From a virus, in UHGV virus genome UHGV-0205693: a stretch of DNA of 36,794 bases; one strand, 5' to 3'. Under the pieces are notes generated by a model, which had not been told where the DNA came from, made no database searches, and saw only the letters and a program-made list of their open reading frames with translations. Below, piece after piece: positions 34,681 through 36,794 of this stretch; positions within the stretch are counted from its first letter, which is position 1; each line of letters opens with the position of its first letter. The position numbers and the translations under genes are program-made.

Positions 34681-36780
34681 ATGTCGGTACCGAACCAGAC
34701 ACCCTATAACATCTATACGGCTAACGGCCTGACAACCGTTTTTACGTACCAGTTCTATATCATTAGTGCCAGCGATCTGCAGGTAAGCATAAACGGAAAT
34801 ATTGTTACCAGTGGGTATTCCGTCGCGGGGGTTGGAAATAAAGATGGTGGTGATATCTCCTTTCTGACGCCGCCGGCGAATGGCGCTGTCGTTATGTTAC
34901 AGCGTGTTGTTCCGACGTTCCGGTTAACGGATTATCAGGATAATGGGGACTTACTGGCGGATACCATTAATAAGGACTTTGACCGTATTTGGATGGCTAT
35001 CCAACGAGCATTCCTCGAACTCGGACTGGCAATAACTCGCCCACTGTACGGTGGCCCATATAATGCGCAGGGATACCGAATAGCTAATCTTGCTGATCCG
35101 GTGGACAATCAAGACGCTGCAACGAAAAAGTTTGTAGTCCAAACTGAACAAGTTAATTTCTCACGTACGCTACGTGTTCCCGAAAGCGAGGTTGCAATGC
35201 TCTATCCGGTAACTCCGCGTTCTAATATGCTTCTGGGATTTAATGACCAGGGAAACCCGGTACCGATCGCCGGACAGACTCAAACTGCAGATCTGGCTAT
35301 TAAGCTGGCTTCGAAGGACGGCGCTGGCTTAGTAGCTACTGAAACAGGAAGAACGGTAGAGGCTTCTATTCGTGCGGCGTCTGGCTCATCACAGGCTCTG
35401 TTTCCAAAGTTTATTAATAAATTAACAGCTTATCGGCATGGCATTACCGGCTATCAGGATTTGTTCAGAGCTTACGGTTTCGGTAGTTCAGTGCAAGTGG
35501 GTGCAACACTTCCAGATCCTGCAACGCAAGCCCCTATCGCTAAGTTTTTCGAATACTTAAATAAAACGGTAAACCGTGGGGGGATTTATCCTCTTTCTTT
35601 CGAAAACAGGGGGGTTAATGGTTCGTCGATAAATAACTTCATTGTAAATCAGTGGCCTGGCGTCGTCGCAGAAGGCGTATACCCAGATATCGCGCTCTTT
35701 GTATATGGTATGAATGATTTCCCAACGGCAAACTATAATGCCGGGCAAACGTTCAATGAAAATGGATTTAAGCAGCGTCTTAGAACCGCGATTAATTTAG
35801 TCAGGGAGGCTGGCGGTGATGTTGTTTTGACAACCACACCGCATCCAAATATAGGTGAGTACAGCTGGAGCATGCCGCCATCTGTTAATCAGGTGTGGCC
35901 ATCATTTTCTCCACTTCCTGTTTCCGATGAGGACATTATCCCTTCAGCGGCAGAGTCAAACGTCACGTTTGAATGGAATGGTGTAAACATACAGGCAGGT
36001 GTTCGCTTCCTGCGTGGAAACGATGCCATCAGGCAAATCGCGGTAGAGATGGGATGTGTGCTGATTGATGTCGAAAAATACTGGTTTGATGCTGTAGCTA
36101 AATATGGCGAAACGGCATTATTCAATCGGACGCCTGAAATACAGACTGTTCACCCCAATTTGCTTGGGCATCAGCAATCGTACTGGCTTGCCTTTGAAGA
36201 ATTTTTTGCGAACATGGATAAGAACGGCTGGATACCGCCCGTAGCGAACAGTTATGACGTTTTCAGTGTCGGCGGGACAGCATTAAATCCAAACCCAAAA
36301 ACTGCTGACATTGACCTCCAATCTAATGGCATTCGGGCATGGGCTTATGGGTTGCGCGATAAATATGCGAGACTAATTTACGCGTCTGACCTGCTCGGAA
36401 AAATATCAAAATGGTCTTACACCTCACAATCCCCAACCTCTTCCGCTCCGGGTTATAGCCTGGAATGGACAGAATACCATTCCAGAACAGGTGGGCTTTA
36501 TACAACGGGTGACATCATTCCAGTTGCTATCCCCAACAGAACGTCGATGAAGGTTTTTATTGATGTGTGGACTTCTGCGCAAACCGGGTGGGCGCAGACA
36601 ATAGAGGTTATTGCTGTAAACCGTGAAGGGGTGGTGTCGTATACCATCGTTGGCGTTCATGATAACACGCCGAATGGTAACAGATTATTTACGGTAACAG
36701 TCGGTTCAGGCGTATTGAATATCAATGTGCTACAGGTTAACTCATCTGTTAAATACCACATCAGCGGTTTTAATTCGTAA
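34681..36780 (+). CDS. tail fiber/tailspike: T7 gp17-like N-terminal adaptor domain plus a C-terminal SGNH/GDSL-esterase-like domain
   Basis: N-terminus (…GYRIANLADPVDNQDAATKKFV) parallels T7 gp17 (…GRRIVNLANAVDDRDAVPFGQL). C-terminal blocks YGFGSS, NGSSINN, FVYGMNDF (GxND) and HPNLLGH resemble SGNH hydrolase blocks I, II, III and V. Confidence 0.6.
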   Translation: MSVPNQTPYNIYTANGLTTVFTYQFYIISASDLQVSINGNIVTSGYSVAGVGNKDGGDISFLTPPANGAVVMLQRVVPTFRLTDYQDNGDLLADTINKDFDRIWMAIQRAFLELGLAITRPLYGGPYNAQGYRIANLADPVDNQDAATKKFVVQTEQVNFSRTLRVPESEVAMLYPVTPRSNMLLGFNDQGNPVPIAGQTQTADLAIKLASKDGAGLVATETGRTVEASIRAASGSSQALFPKFINKLTAYRHGITGYQDLFRAYGFGSSVQVGATLPDPATQAPIAKFFEYLNKTVNRGGIYPLSFENRGVNGSSINNFIVNQWPGVVAEGVYPDIALFVYGMNDFPTANYNAGQTFNENGFKQRLRTAINLVREAGGDVVLTTTPHPNIGEYSWSMPPSVNQVWPSFSPLPVSDEDIIPSAAESNVTFEWNGVNIQAGVRFLRGNDAIRQIAVEMGCVLIDVEKYWFDAVAKYGETALFNRTPEIQTVHPNLLGHQQSYWLAFEEFFANMDKNGWIPPVANSYDVFSVGGTALNPNPKTADIDLQSNGIRAWAYGLRDKYARLIYASDLLGKISKWSYTSQSPTSSAPGYSLEWTEYHSRTGGLYTTGDIIPVAIPNRTSMKVFIDVWTSAQTGWAQTIEVIAVNREGVVSYTIVGVHDNTPNGNRLFTVTVGSGVLNINVLQVNSSVKYHISGFNS

Positions 36781-36794
36781 TGTAATCTGGAGGG

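Noticed and set aside
1-36794. CRISPR arrays, IS elements or transposase genes
   Set aside because: No regularly spaced direct repeats of CRISPR type and no transposase-like ORFs were seen. The short repeats found are single hairpin units or RBS cassettes.
1-36794. T7-type single-subunit RNA polymerase
   Set aside because: No ORF of suitable size (about 800-900 aa) exists in the early region. The only large early ORF (714 aa) has an Erf-like C-terminus, not RNAP motifs.

Overview
The window reads as a near-complete, possibly circularly permuted, temperate phage genome of about 36.8 kb with a mosaic architecture.

Part 1: what is in the window

- **Lysis cassette (1515-2736, + strand):** a lambdoid phage-21-type cassette of S21-like pinholin, SAR endolysin, and Rz with an overlapping Rz1.
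- **Attachment site (2876-2931):** a 56-bp 3' fragment of tRNA-Leu(UAA), from the anticodon loop to CCA, which I read as the attP core. A tyrosine integrase and an excisionase-like gene follow on the minus strand.
- **Leftward early operon (4500-8183, minus strand):** includes a Gp157-like protein and a 714-aa protein with an Erf/Rad52-like C-terminus.
- **Immunity region:** cI-like HTH repressor, its terminator, OL/pL, divergent OR/pR, and cro.
- **Rightward early operon:** CII-like protein, an O-like replication initiator carrying internal iteron-like repeats, a DnaB helicase, and a nin-like region.
- **Nin-like region contents:** two N6-adenine methyltransferases (MT-A70 with a DPPW motif, and a Dam/D12-class enzyme with a DPPY motif), DUF1367, and a small HNH-like protein.
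- **Structural module (17.4-36.8 kb, + strand):** T7/SP6-like, with no phage RNA polymerase. It contains:
  - portal and scaffold;
  - capsid;
  - tail tubular proteins A and B;
  - internal virion proteins, one with a lytic transglycosylase motif;
  - small and large terminase subunits;
  - a terminal tail fiber whose C-terminal region looks SGNH-esterase-like.
- **AT-rich morons** interrupt the GC-rich backbone:
  - a DUF2971-like gene (417-1322);
  - a small protein with its own promoter (15810-16004);
  - a membrane/coiled-coil protein between scaffold and capsid (20951-21835);
  - a GNAT acetyltransferase in the T7 gp13 slot (25549-26001);
  - a lipoprotein (32121-32615).

Part 2: observations worth a second look

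- A dispersed GGTC(G/A)GGATTCCGACC hairpin repeat occurs four times, three of them at moron boundaries.
- The pL leader carries three boxB-like hairpins with GAAAGA loops, decoy RBS units, and a tL1-like terminator. They sit upstream of a candidate N-like protein with an arginine-rich N-terminus.
- A roughly 40-bp boundary cassette ending in GAGGAAAGACCAATG is reused at several early-gene starts.
- A plus-strand intrinsic terminator lies inside the minus-strand operon, which suggests an antisense RNA.
- Two adenine methyltransferases sit side by side.

All product calls rest on motif and sequence recognition. I ran no database searches.
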